Part shown: piece after piece, positions 1 through 9,400 of the stretch
How the letters are laid out: each line of letters starts with the position of its first letter
Numbering within the stretch: the first letter of the stretch is position 1
Source: Candidatus Ratteibacteria bacterium
GTDB lineage: Bacteria > Ratteibacteria > UBA8468 > B48-G9 > DTJG01
DNA length: 64,000 nucleotides
Assembly (NCBI GenBank): GCA_041656495.1
Contig: JBBADJ010000002.1
Coordinates: 139,839 to 203,838 of the forward strand
Reading direction: 5' to 3'
Program-made: the position numbers and the translations under genes
Notes under the pieces: generated by a model
The model's input: the letters and a program-made list of their open reading frames with translations, nothing else
Told to the model about the DNA's origin: nothing
Database searches by the model: none

Positions 1-70
1 AAAAGATGCCTGCCATTATAAGCACCAAAAATATCAGTTCACGACGAAATTTCCAAAGCATAGAAAGGGC

Positions 71-1096
71 TTATTCTTCGGGGTACTCTCTTAAATATTT
101 TATCTCTTCAAGCATTTTTCCCGCACCATTCACCACTGCGTGAAGAGGATTATCCGCAATACAAACAGGGAGTTTGGTTTCTTGAGCGATAAGGCGATCA
201 ATATTCTTAAGAAGCGCGCCTCCGCCCGCGATATAAAGCCCTCTATCCACAAGATCGCTTGAAAGTTCTGGCGGTGTTTCTTCTAAAAGATCTCTAACCG
301 CCTCCACAATGGCTGATAAAGGATCTTTAAGCGCTTCCCGAACCTCCTCGGAACGAACACGCACCATTTTCGGCAATCCCTCCACAAGATCCCTGCCATG
401 GACTTCCATAATCAATTCTTCATCAAGAGGATGGGCGGAACCAACTGTTATTTTAATCTTTTCAGCGGTCTTTTCGCCAATCAGAAGGTTATACTTTTTT
501 TTCATATAATCCACAATAGACTCATCCATCTCATTCCCCGCCACCCGAAGACTCTTGGTAAGAACAATACCTCCAAGAGAGATAACCGCCATCTCAGTTG
601 TGCCTCCACCAATATCAAGAATAAAACTTCCATATGGTTCTGCAACCGCAAGGCCCGCTCCAATCGCTGCCGCCATTGGTTCTTCAACAAGCCGCGCGGT
701 CCGTGCCCCGGCCTTAAGTGCAGTTTCCCGAACAGCTCTTCGTTCAACACCGGTAATTCCCGAAGGAACGGAAATAATCATCTTGGGAGGCATCACGAAA
801 CGATGTTTGGGTAGTTTTACCTTATGAATAAAGTGGCGCAACATTGCCTCGCATGCGTCAAAATCGGCAATAACTCCATCTTTCATAGGTTTCATCGCGA
901 TAATGTTCGTGGGTGTTTTACCAAGCATTTCCTTCGCCTCTGTCCCTACGGAAAGCACCTGTTTTGAGTTTCTGTTGATAGATACAATAGATGGTTCCAT
1001 AAGAACAACGCCTTTGCCCCGTACATAGACCGCTGTATTGGCGGTTCCAAGATCTATTCCAAGATCATTGGAAAAAAATTGAAAAAACTTTCTCAT
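71..1096 (-). CDS. mreB: Rod shape-determining protein MreB (actin-like ATPase)
   Basis: N-terminus DLGIDLGTANTAVYV and full-length actin-fold motifs typical of MreB; 341 aa. Confidence 0.93.
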   Translation of the reverse strand: MRKFFQFFSNDLGIDLGTANTAVYVRGKGVVLMEPSIVSINRNSKQVLSVGTEAKEMLGKTPTNIIAMKPMKDGVIADFDACEAMLRHFIHKVKLPKHRFVMPPKMIISVPSGITGVERRAVRETALKAGARTARLVEEPMAAAIGAGLAVAEPYGSFILDIGGGTTEMAVISLGGIVLTKSLRVAGNEMDESIVDYMKKKYNLLIGEKTAEKIKITVGSAHPLDEELIMEVHGRDLVEGLPKMVRVRSEEVREALKDPLSAIVEAVRDLLEETPPELSSDLVDRGLYIAGGGALLKNIDRLIAQETKLPVCIADNPLHAVVNGAGKMLEEIKYLREYPEE

Positions 1097-1115
1097 GACT
1101 TCTCCTATGGGTACT

Positions 1116-2519
1116 TTAAGAATAATCAGAATCTGTGGACTCTTTCAATATAGAGGCGAATACCCGCACTATTTTAGGATCAAATTGTCTTCCCGCATGT
1201 GCTTGCAACTCCCTTAAGGCTTCTTCCTGAGACATCTTTTTCTTGCGATAAGGCCGTTCGGAAGTCATTGCGCTGAATGCATCGGCAACAGAAAGAATCT
1301 TTGCCATAACAGGGATCTCCTTATCTTTCAATCCCTCGGGATACCCTGTTCCATCCAGTTGTTCATGGTGGTACAAACAGGCATCCAGCTCTTCTTTCTT
1401 CATCTTCAATGGTTGAAGAATATTCATAGTAATACGGGGATGTTCTTTAATGATTTCATATTCATCCGAAGAAAGTGGCCCTTCCTTCAGAATAATATCG
1501 TCTTTAATGCCAAGTTTTCCTAAATCATGAAGATAAGCGGCATTGCGCACATTTTCAAGTTTATCTTCAGAAAAACCTAATGTTCTGGCAATACGTATGG
1601 CATAAAATGCCACCTGTTCCGAATGTCCCTTTGTATAAGCGTCTTTTGCCTCAAGAGAGTTGATAAGGGTACAGATCGTCGCAAAATAGGATTGACGCGC
1701 CTCGTCAAGTAGTCTGGTATTTTCAAAAGCAATGGAAATTTGCGCGCCAAGCACTGAAAGAAATTTCCGTTCATTGAAAGAGATCTTCCTTCCGCCAAAA
1801 CTAAAACGGAACAATCCAATCGTATGCTGTTTCCCTTGCAAAGGAAGCAGAACAATACCGTTATCGCAGTGAATCACCTCTTCTCCCGTAAGATCCGAAG
1901 AATACTGTGAAGAGAGATCCGAGAAGGAAATTGTATGCGGCTCATTGGAATCTACCCTTCCTTCGGAACCACGAAGAAAAAAGAATGAAGAACGGTCATC
2001 GTAAGAATAAAAGATCACTGAGACAGGAGAAAGTGTAGTCATAAGAAGAGCAAGAATGTTTTCAACAAGTTCCTCAAATGCCGTAAGAGAAATAATAATC
2101 TTATTCAACTGAAAAATTGAAGTAATCATTCTCAGTTGCGAAAGTTCCTGAGAAAGAGTTTCAAAGGTTGTGTTGCGCTCTACCACAGAAAGAAGTGTCT
2201 GTACATTAAAGGGTTTGGCGATAAAATCATTAGCGCCCTTCTTAATCGCCTGCACTGCTTGCTCCATAGAACCATAGCCTGTCGCTACCACCACCGGAAC
2301 CATATTTCCTTCGCGATCCCGAAAGACCGCAATGGCCTCGTCTCTTCGATCTAAAAGATGTAAATCAAGAAGAAAAAGGGAATATTGATCCTGTTTAAGA
2401 AGGATCTGCGCCTCATCCATTCCCGCCGCCTCTACAACCTTATATCCGTGAGGCTCAAGAATTGCGCGATACAAACCGCGAACCGATTCGTCTCCTTCTG
2501 CAATAAGTATCCTACTCAT
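1116..2519 (-). CDS. Response regulator with receiver, GAF-like middle region and HD-GYP phosphodiesterase domain (RpfG-like c-di-GMP phosphodiesterase)
   Basis: N-terminal REC (ILIAEGDE...LLDLHLLD); C-terminal HD motif (YLHDLGK) and HHEQLDGTGYPEGL = HD-GYP signature. Confidence 0.8.
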   Translation of the reverse strand: MSRILIAEGDESVRGLYRAILEPHGYKVVEAAGMDEAQILLKQDQYSLFLLDLHLLDRRDEAIAVFRDREGNMVPVVVATGYGSMEQAVQAIKKGANDFIAKPFNVQTLLSVVERNTTFETLSQELSQLRMITSIFQLNKIIISLTAFEELVENILALLMTTLSPVSVIFYSYDDRSSFFFLRGSEGRVDSNEPHTISFSDLSSQYSSDLTGEEVIHCDNGIVLLPLQGKQHTIGLFRFSFGGRKISFNERKFLSVLGAQISIAFENTRLLDEARQSYFATICTLINSLEAKDAYTKGHSEQVAFYAIRIARTLGFSEDKLENVRNAAYLHDLGKLGIKDDIILKEGPLSSDEYEIIKEHPRITMNILQPLKMKKEELDACLYHHEQLDGTGYPEGLKDKEIPVMAKILSVADAFSAMTSERPYRKKKMSQEEALRELQAHAGRQFDPKIVRVFASILKESTDSDYS

Positions 2520-2642
2520 CAGAATTATATACCATTTTTTCGCCTCTAAGGCAAAAGAAGATAAGGGAAAATACTCTCTTTTTTTCTGTTTGCCCGCAAA
2601 TATATTCTATGGTAGGATAGAAAAAATCTCTTTCTATCAACC

Positions 2643-3881
2643 TTGTCGCAGAATAAACGCGCGTATATGAAACCCGACATTGGAAGAACTCTCCAGCAAA
2701 AAGTCTTTCTTGCTCCTTCACAGCGACTCTTTCTTTCTCTTCTTGCATATCCCTCTCAAAAACTTCACCTCTACCTTAATCAAAAAGTAAATAACAATCC
2801 TTTTCTTATTGAAAACGAAGGATCTTTTCATCCATTAACCTATGATATTCCCGCTAAAAAAAATCCACACGATTTTCTTCTTCTACAACTTCAATGCTTA
2901 ATCCAGAACCCTACCATTCTTCTTCTTGCACGAAAAATGCTCGGAATGATTGATAAAGACGGATATCTCCGACATTCCGACGAAGAATTATCTTCTCGCT
3001 TGAAAGAAAAGATCAGCTGGATTCAATCTGCGCGAAAAGCCCTACAATCAATAGATCCTCCCGGGCTTGGATCACGCAATCTTCAGGAATCTCTCCTTTA
3101 CCAGATAAAACGCATTCATCCGAAAGAAGATCTTGCTTATACGATTCTCTCTCAATACTGGGATCTTCTTATCAAAAAAAAATATGCGGTGATTGCAAAA
3201 AAAAGCAAAACCTCTCTCTTCCGTGTCTCAAAAGCAATCACCATCATACGCTCACTTTCTCCTAAACCCTCGGATCCTCTTGAAATCATCACGCTTCCTA
3301 GATATATAAAACCAGATCTAAGAGTGGTAAAAACTAAAGGTACTTGGAGCGTAACTCCGGAACTCCATGCTTTTCCTTCTCTTGCAGTCAATCGGGAATA
3401 TGAACGACTATACCTTTCCGCACCAAAAAAACTATTCAAACAAGAGTTGGAAACTGCCATGATGTTGATACAAATTCTTGAAGAACGCCGGAAAACCATT
3501 CTCTCTGTGGCAGAAGAAATTATCTCCCGCCAACAACCATTTTTTCATGGAAAAACTCTCTTCCCTCTCAGAGAACAAGATATTGCAGATTGTCTCAATA
3601 TAAGCGTATCTACTGTCAGTAGAGCAATACAGGGAAAATATCTTCGCTCTCCCCGAGGCACCATTCCTGTAAAACTTCTTTTTTCTCCGAAAAGTTGCGG
3701 GTCTATAAGCCGCCACGCTCTTTCATCCCTCATTGTTAAGATTCTCTCCGAAGAATCGTATCCGCTTTCTGACAGGGAAATTGCCGAAAAACTCAGATCT
3801 TTTCATATTGTTGTTTCTATCCGTACCGTCAATAAATATCGCCACAAAATGGGAATGCTTAACTCTTATCTGCGAAAGTAG
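2643..3881 (+). CDS. rpoN: RNA polymerase sigma-54 factor RpoN
   Basis: Sigma-54 core-binding and DNA-binding regions; HTH (QDIADCLNISVSTVSRAI) and RpoN-box-like SIRTVNKYR near C-terminus. Confidence 0.85.
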   Translation: MSQNKRAYMKPDIGRTLQQKVFLAPSQRLFLSLLAYPSQKLHLYLNQKVNNNPFLIENEGSFHPLTYDIPAKKNPHDFLLLQLQCLIQNPTILLLARKMLGMIDKDGYLRHSDEELSSRLKEKISWIQSARKALQSIDPPGLGSRNLQESLLYQIKRIHPKEDLAYTILSQYWDLLIKKKYAVIAKKSKTSLFRVSKAITIIRSLSPKPSDPLEIITLPRYIKPDLRVVKTKGTWSVTPELHAFPSLAVNREYERLYLSAPKKLFKQELETAMMLIQILEERRKTILSVAEEIISRQQPFFHGKTLFPLREQDIADCLNISVSTVSRAIQGKYLRSPRGTIPVKLLFSPKSCGSISRHALSSLIVKILSEESYPLSDREIAEKLRSFHIVVSIRTVNKYRHKMGMLNSYLRK

Positions 3882-3915
3882 GAAAAGCCTTCCCGCTTCC
3901 GCTCTCTCATAAGAA

Positions 3916-5148
3916 TCATTCCTTTTTTTTCTCGTCGCAAGCAGGAAACTTTATAATAAAAATGGTTTTTCCTGACTTTTGAGCGCCGGAAATGCTTCCT
4001 TTGTGCATTTCTACAATCTTCTTAACAACAGAAAGACCAGTAACCGCGCGAGTACCTGTAAACGCCAGATTAGATGAAAAAAGAGAGGAAAAATCCGCAT
4101 CAGAAAAGCAATCTCCCGTATCCGCGCATTCCACTTCTATCTTTCCCTCTACTTTTCTGACACCTATTGAAATGGTGCCTATGCCATGGGTTGCTTGCAC
4201 CGCATTCAACAAAATTGTGGTAAAAACCTGATGAAGAAGGTCGGGATCTCCCTGTACAATCAAAAAATCCTGTTCAATCTCTTCTATAAATTTAATACGT
4301 CCGGCAATATCCGAGGCAGAGAGAAAAATAATACTTTTTCTAAGTAATAAAGGAATATCCACTTTCTGAAAAACTCGGCGGGGATGCGAAAAATGTACGA
4401 TGTTCTCTATGAACTTCTGGCATCGCTCAATCTCCTCTTCTATTAATTGAAAATAGCGAAGTTGAGCCCCCTGTTCCTTCTTTCCGTATCCGGAAAGTTC
4501 TTCTTTCAAAAGGTCTGTATATCCCTGAATAACCGTAAGGGGATTGCTGATTTCATCTATAAGATCTGCAGACAACTGGCCAACAGCCGCAAGGTTTTCA
4601 AGATGTTCCACCCGATCGTGCAACATTCTGTTCAAACAAGAAACCTTTTCGTTCAGACGGCGAAGGTTCTTTTCCTTTTTATGACGAGAGATAGCCGACA
4701 ACACAAGGGCCCGCATTTCTTCCACATCAAACGGTTTGCTTAGAAATTCCATGGCGCCAAGATGCATTGCGGCACGTGCAGTATCAATCGTTCCATATCC
4801 GGAAAGAATAAATACCGGTAATTCAGTATCTATGCTCCGTATCATTTTTAGTGTTTCAATACCATCGGCATCCGGCATTTTCAAATCAAGTATCACTATA
4901 TCAACCGTATGGTTTCTCAAAATATCCGATCCTTCCTGTCCTGACGCCGCAAGAAGAACTTTATGGGTATCTTTGAACATCATTCGCAAAGATTCCCGAG
5001 GACCGATTTCATCGTCTATTACCAAAATTGTATCTTCATTCCTATTCAATGAACCCTCCTGTAAGAAAAAAAATCTACCAGCGGTATCCAAAAGAAAGAA
5101 AGGTACCTCGCGAGGAGTACGAGCCATCATACGGCAGTCCCGACGCAA
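3916..5148 (-). CDS. Hybrid two-component protein: N-terminal receiver followed by HisKA and HATPase_c (REC-HK order)
   Basis: REC (ILVIDDEIGPRE...DLKMPDADG), HisKA (SADLIDEISNPLTVIQGYTDLL), ATP-binding lid (TGLSVVKKIVEMHKGSI). Start may be an internal Met around 5130. Confidence 0.8.
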   Translation of the reverse strand: MRRDCRMMARTPREVPFFLLDTAGRFFFLQEGSLNRNEDTILVIDDEIGPRESLRMMFKDTHKVLLAASGQEGSDILRNHTVDIVILDLKMPDADGIETLKMIRSIDTELPVFILSGYGTIDTARAAMHLGAMEFLSKPFDVEEMRALVLSAISRHKKEKNLRRLNEKVSCLNRMLHDRVEHLENLAAVGQLSADLIDEISNPLTVIQGYTDLLKEELSGYGKKEQGAQLRYFQLIEEEIERCQKFIENIVHFSHPRRVFQKVDIPLLLRKSIIFLSASDIAGRIKFIEEIEQDFLIVQGDPDLLHQVFTTILLNAVQATHGIGTISIGVRKVEGKIEVECADTGDCFSDADFSSLFSSNLAFTGTRAVTGLSVVKKIVEMHKGSISGAQKSGKTIFIIKFPACDEKKKE

Positions 5149-6301
5149 TCCTCCGCGTACCGTAAAAAATCATTGAAAGACTCCATTCACAACTGCCATG
5201 ACGGGTATGAAAAAGGTTCCCGACCGAAAGTATAGTCCTGTCAAGATCAGCAATAGTAGGCTCAAAGAATGCATTGGGAACAGGGCTCTTAATATGCGCA
5301 ATACCAGCCCGCCATATCTTCTCGGAAGAGGGCTTATATTCAAAACCAAGAGAAAAAGTAGCGCTATCTTTCCAGTTTCTCGGCTGATCCATTACTGTTA
5401 CTCCTTGCATACGTACAGGAACACTTTTCAAAGAAGAATATCCTGCCCATTCATAATCAAATTCTATCTTAAGAGCATCAATTGGATAGAATGCAATACC
5501 AGCGCCAGCTATCGCTGGAAATTTCATAGAGGTCCCTGCCGGCACTCCCGCCATCTGTTCAATCGTAAAATCTCCACTATACTCCATACTTGTTTCACAT
5601 CTATACCGCGCTCCTACGCGCCATGAAGACGCACGATAAAGCATCCCCGCCACAGGCGCTATCCCCCAATCATCTGCCTTTAATATTCCCGATGTTTCAA
5701 AGGAAAAGGGAGGCGATGGAATATCTACAAGAACACGCTGACTAATCTTTACCTTACTGTAATAGGTTTCAATGCCAAGACCTATTGAAAGAGCATCTGT
5801 TACCTGAAAAGCCGCCACTGCCGCAAGATTCGCAGTCTCCATTTCAGCGCCATAGGGTAAAGAGGTGCTTATTGCACCGGAACCAAATGGCAAAGGAGGA
5901 GAAAAACCCCAAGCGCGCACTGTCTCCACTGGCCATTTACTTCCCTGACCATAGGGAGAAGTTATTCCAAAACCAAGACGAATAGGAAATGATCCGGGAT
6001 CTGGAGAAAAATAGAAGGAAGGAAGAAGTGTTACTGTTCCTTCAGTAGAAGAAGAGAAAAAAGCGCCGTCATAGAATGTTTTTGCAGATACCATGGTAGC
6101 GCCAAACTCAAATGCAGTACCTTGCAACTGTATAAGACCTGCCGGGTTATGCGTTACCGCCGAAGGATCATCAGCCTGCGCGATAAATGCGCCAGCCTGA
6201 GCCATTGCTGAAGATCCTTCCGGCGGATTGCGATATCCCTGTGCAAAGAGAAGTCCCGCAAAAAAAAGAATGATACCCAACAAAGTTCCTACCTTCTTCA
6301 T
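5075..6301 (-). CDS. Outer membrane transport protein, FadL/OmpP1/TodX family (hydrophobic compound porin)
   Basis: Signal peptide MKKVGTLLGIILFFAGLLFAQG, then FadL-family N-terminal motif YRNPPEG...AQAGAFIAQADDPSAVTHNPAGL; C-terminal aromatic residue (…FGYRW). Start trimmed to MKKVGT. Confidence 0.7.
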   Translation of the reverse strand: MKKVGTLLGIILFFAGLLFAQGYRNPPEGSSAMAQAGAFIAQADDPSAVTHNPAGLIQLQGTAFEFGATMVSAKTFYDGAFFSSSTEGTVTLLPSFYFSPDPGSFPIRLGFGITSPYGQGSKWPVETVRAWGFSPPLPFGSGAISTSLPYGAEMETANLAAVAAFQVTDALSIGLGIETYYSKVKISQRVLVDIPSPPFSFETSGILKADDWGIAPVAGMLYRASSWRVGARYRCETSMEYSGDFTIEQMAGVPAGTSMKFPAIAGAGIAFYPIDALKIEFDYEWAGYSSLKSVPVRMQGVTVMDQPRNWKDSATFSLGFEYKPSSEKIWRAGIAHIKSPVPNAFFEPTIADLDRTILSVGNLFHTRHGSCEWSLSMIFYGTRRIASGLPYDGSYSSRGTFLSFGYRW

Positions 6302-6501
6302 GCTTCTCCCTTGTAAGAAATATATATATATATAATTTTTCACTCTTATTTTCATAGGAGTATATTCTTTTTTTCCTTCTTTGAAAAAAATTTCCTTCAA
6401 TTAACTCTTCTGCTTTCTTCTTTACTCTCTATATTTATAGTATGCAAAAAGTGTGCCAAGTAAGAAAAAAAAGAAATATTGTACATTTTTGATCAGAAAA
6501 A

Positions 6502-6530
6502 TTGACAGAATAAGGATAGCGGGATATTAT
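6502..6530 (+). promoter_or_regulatory. Sigma-70-like promoter (TTGACA-N17-TATTAT) ending about 9 nt before the radical-SAM gene's ATG (near-leaderless)
   Basis: Consensus -35, 17-nt spacer, AT-rich -10; lies in an AT-rich divergent region that also contains a (TA)7 tract. Confidence 0.35.
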
Positions 6531-6539
6531 CCGAATATT

Positions 6540-8174
6540 ATGGGAAGCAACTTCTTACTTGTTTCAATCGCAGGAAGACCGAAAAATCTCTCAGATTTTA
6601 TTCCTGACAATGGCCTCGCTTCTCTTGCCGCCACGCTTTCTGAAGAGAAAAACAGGGTTGTAATTCTTGATCTCAACAGCCCCTCCCTCTTCTCTCTTCT
6701 CTTTTCTCCCGCTATTGAAGCTAATCTTGAACAGATTGCGAAAAAAATCTTTCTCAATAAAGAAAAACCCTCTCTTATGGACATTTTTGTCCTAAAAAAA
6801 ATTGATCTTGCAATTGCAAAACGTATTCCCCATCTCTGCGCAGATCTTGAAGAGAAGATTGCGAAAGTCATAGAAACAGAAGATATTGATGTGATAGGCT
6901 TTAAATTATGGGCAGGAGAAGGGTTTTCATGGCTTTCTCAAATAGGGACAAATCTTAAAAAACGCTTCCCGGCACTCCTCTTTTTCGGAGGAGGCCCTCA
7001 AGTGGACATTTTTGAACATCTTATCTTCCGCAATCTTCCTTTTCTTGATGGACTATGCTATGGAGAAGGAGAAGAGACAATTCGGGAACTGGCCAAATAT
7101 GTACAGAATGGAAGAGATCCTTCCTCTATTCCCAATATGATATGGAAGGAGGGCACCAGTTATAAAAAAAATGAAAAGAAGATCATTTCGTCTCTTGATT
7201 CCCTTCCTTTCCCTCTCTATGATCCGGAGATATATAGAAATATTGAGAGTAAGATAAAAATGGTGGTAATAGATGAAAGCAGGGGATGCCCAAACCATTG
7301 CTTCTTCTGTATTCATCCGGTAAAGAGCGGGAAACGAAAAGAAAAAAGTCCTGAAAGAGTCGTAAAAGAAATGATGCAATCTAAAGAACGCCACAATATC
7401 CGGCTCTTTCGGTATGCGGGATCCAGCACCCCTCCGAACCTCCTTGAAAAGATCGCAATCCGCCTTATTGAAGAAAAAGCAGATCTACGTTATGCCTGTT
7501 TTGGAAGCGTGAAAGAATTTGCGGGAAAAGAGATCTTTCCCCTTCTGAAAAGATCAGGATGCGAAGCGCTCTTTTTTGGAATAGAAAGTGCCAGCGAAGA
7601 AATTCTAAAAAAAGCGATGAATAGAACTATCTCTGTTTCTGCCATGGAATCTGTCCTTGCTTCTTGTAAAAAAGCAGGCATATTTACCGTTGCAAGTATT
7701 ATTTATCCCGCACCCTTTGAGACCGAATCAACCCGCGAAAAAACCCTTGATTTTCTTACGAGAACACGACCAGATTCCGCTCTGATTCAATTTCCGGGAG
7801 TATACCCGAATACAAGGTGGTTTCATACACCAGAAGAGTTTGGCTTTTCTTTAAATAAAAAAAAGTATCCTCTTCAGGTAATGAACTATCAGTTCAAAGC
7901 CCTCTTCCCTCCGCGATACTGGAAAGCCCTCCCTTACAGAGTCAATGGAATGCCTTTTAAGAAGTATGCCGCGGAGACTGAGGCTTTTCAGCATGATGTT
8001 CACAATCTTGGAATACTCACCTCAGTATCGGACGAAACATACCTTCTCTACCGGCATAGCGGCGAAGCTTCTCTTAATACCTTTCTTGATAAGAATCGGT
8101 ACGCCTTCTATGCGGGTCAACGAGAACTCCTTGAAGAAGAGATTTGTACCATTAATGCCGCGAAAACTCCATGA
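6540..8174 (+). CDS. B12-binding-domain radical SAM protein (class B rSAM), function unknown
   Basis: N-terminal cobalamin-binding-like Rossmann region (LVSIAGRPKN...GLASLAATLSEEKNRVVILDLN; FFGGGPQV), then radical SAM Cx3Cx2C (SRGCPNHCFFC); long C-terminal domain of unknown function. Start at Met 6540 chosen because the upstream part of the ORF covers a promoter-like element. Confidence 0.75.
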   Translation: MGSNFLLVSIAGRPKNLSDFIPDNGLASLAATLSEEKNRVVILDLNSPSLFSLLFSPAIEANLEQIAKKIFLNKEKPSLMDIFVLKKIDLAIAKRIPHLCADLEEKIAKVIETEDIDVIGFKLWAGEGFSWLSQIGTNLKKRFPALLFFGGGPQVDIFEHLIFRNLPFLDGLCYGEGEETIRELAKYVQNGRDPSSIPNMIWKEGTSYKKNEKKIISSLDSLPFPLYDPEIYRNIESKIKMVVIDESRGCPNHCFFCIHPVKSGKRKEKSPERVVKEMMQSKERHNIRLFRYAGSSTPPNLLEKIAIRLIEEKADLRYACFGSVKEFAGKEIFPLLKRSGCEALFFGIESASEEILKKAMNRTISVSAMESVLASCKKAGIFTVASIIYPAPFETESTREKTLDFLTRTRPDSALIQFPGVYPNTRWFHTPEEFGFSLNKKKYPLQVMNYQFKALFPPRYWKALPYRVNGMPFKKYAAETEAFQHDVHNLGILTSVSDETYLLYRHSGEASLNTFLDKNRYAFYAGQRELLEEEICTINAAKTP

Positions 8175-9400
8175 AAAAATATCGTACCGCAATCACTGGA
8201 ATCGGGGTCATTGCCCCAAATGGTACGGGTATTCACCAATACTGGGAAGCGTTAAAAGCAGGAGAAAGCGGTATTACAAGGATAACTGCATTCAATCCAG
8301 ATCCTTTTCCTTCTCAAATTGCAGGTGAAATAAAAGGATTCCAACCTGATGATTTTATGGATAAAAAAAGCTGTCGGCGTATGTCCCGCACCTCGCAATT
8401 TGCAGTCGCATGCGCCCGCATGGCATTGGATAACGCACAACTTGCTCCACAAGATATTTCAGAAGATCATGGACAGATCATATTAGGAGTTAGCACCAGT
8501 GCCATGGAGTTGATAGAACGCCAACATACTGTGCTTGCCTCCAAAGGTCCTTCCAAAATTCTTCCTTTTGGAATCCTTGCCGCAACTCCACACAGCACCA
8601 CCGGTGAAGTTATTGCGGCACTCGGGTTGAACGTGCCGGCTACCACGCTTGCAACCGGATGTGCCTCGGGTCTTGATGCCATTGGAACAGGATGGAAAAA
8701 AATCTCTACCGGCGAAGCAGAAATTGTTCTTTGCGGTGGTGCTGACGCTCCTATTACTCCACTTATTCTTGCAGGACTCTGCGCAGCCAATATAGTGTCC
8801 CGGCATAACAATCCGCCAGAAGAAGCAAGCCGGCCTTTTGACCTTACCCGAGATGGCGGAGTTCTCGCGGAAGGAGGAGGAATCCTTATTCTTGAAGCTA
8901 TGGACCGCGCTCGTATGCGAGGAGCGCCTATCTATGCAGAATTGGTTGGATACGGACAATATGGAGACGGAAAGGAAAAAAAAACTGGAAACGGTCTCCG
9001 GCACACTATGCGTCAAGCACTCTACACCGCGGGACTTTCAACAGGTGCTATCGGCCATATCTCTGCTCACGCTCCTTCTGATCCTCTTCTTGATTCCGTA
9101 GAAACAGAGGCAATCAAGGAGATCTTTGGACCACGCGCCTATCGTATTCCTCTCACTTCAATCAAATCAATGATTGGGAATCCCTTTGGCTCTATTGGAG
9201 TCTTTCAAACTGCGGCCGCGGCTATGTCCCTACAAGAAGGAGTTATTCCTCCTACCATCAATTATCATCATCCCGACCCTAACTGCGATCTTGATTATAC
9301 TCCGCTCTTCGCGCGCCGTTTCAACGCAGAGTACGCTCTTATCAACTCGCATGGCTTTGGAGGAAGCAATGCAAGTCTTCTTATAAAAAAAGCGCCATGA
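8171..9400 (+). CDS. Beta-ketoacyl-ACP synthase (FabF/KAS II-like condensing enzyme) with variant catalytic triad
   Basis: Full-length thiolase-fold KAS homolog (ITGIGVIAPNG..., active-site Cys in TGCASGLDAIG, first His in SAHAPSDP, C-terminal NSHGFGGSNASLLIKK). The second catalytic His of FabF (…TGHLLGAAG…) reads IGNPFGSIG. Overlaps the upstream gene by ATGA. Confidence 0.85.
   Translation: MKKYRTAITGIGVIAPNGTGIHQYWEALKAGESGITRITAFNPDPFPSQIAGEIKGFQPDDFMDKKSCRRMSRTSQFAVACARMALDNAQLAPQDISEDHGQIILGVSTSAMELIERQHTVLASKGPSKILPFGILAATPHSTTGEVIAALGLNVPATTLATGCASGLDAIGTGWKKISTGEAEIVLCGGADAPITPLILAGLCAANIVSRHNNPPEEASRPFDLTRDGGVLAEGGGILILEAMDRARMRGAPIYAELVGYGQYGDGKEKKTGNGLRHTMRQALYTAGLSTGAIGHISAHAPSDPLLDSVETEAIKEIFGPRAYRIPLTSIKSMIGNPFGSIGVFQTAAAAMSLQEGVIPPTINYHHPDPNCDLDYTPLFARRFNAEYALINSHGFGGSNASLLIKKAP

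Noticed and set aside
309-827. Several plus-strand ORFs (66-138 aa) overlapping mreB on the opposite strand
   Set aside because: Fully antisense to a highly conserved gene, with low-complexity Arg/Ser-rich translations and no SD or recognisable domain. Typical shadow ORFs.
3916-6400. Apparent 74-nt overlap between the hybrid kinase and the FadL-family ORF, and the long N-terminal extension of the FadL ORF in the track
   Set aside because: Both are explained by upstream in-frame Met or alternative start codons. The FadL start is better placed at MKKVGT (signal peptide) and the kinase probably starts at an internal Met. Not evidence of a frameshift or pseudogene.
8483-9016. 177-aa antisense ORF inside the ketosynthase gene
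   Set aside because: Completely nested antisense to a conserved condensing enzyme. No domain signature.
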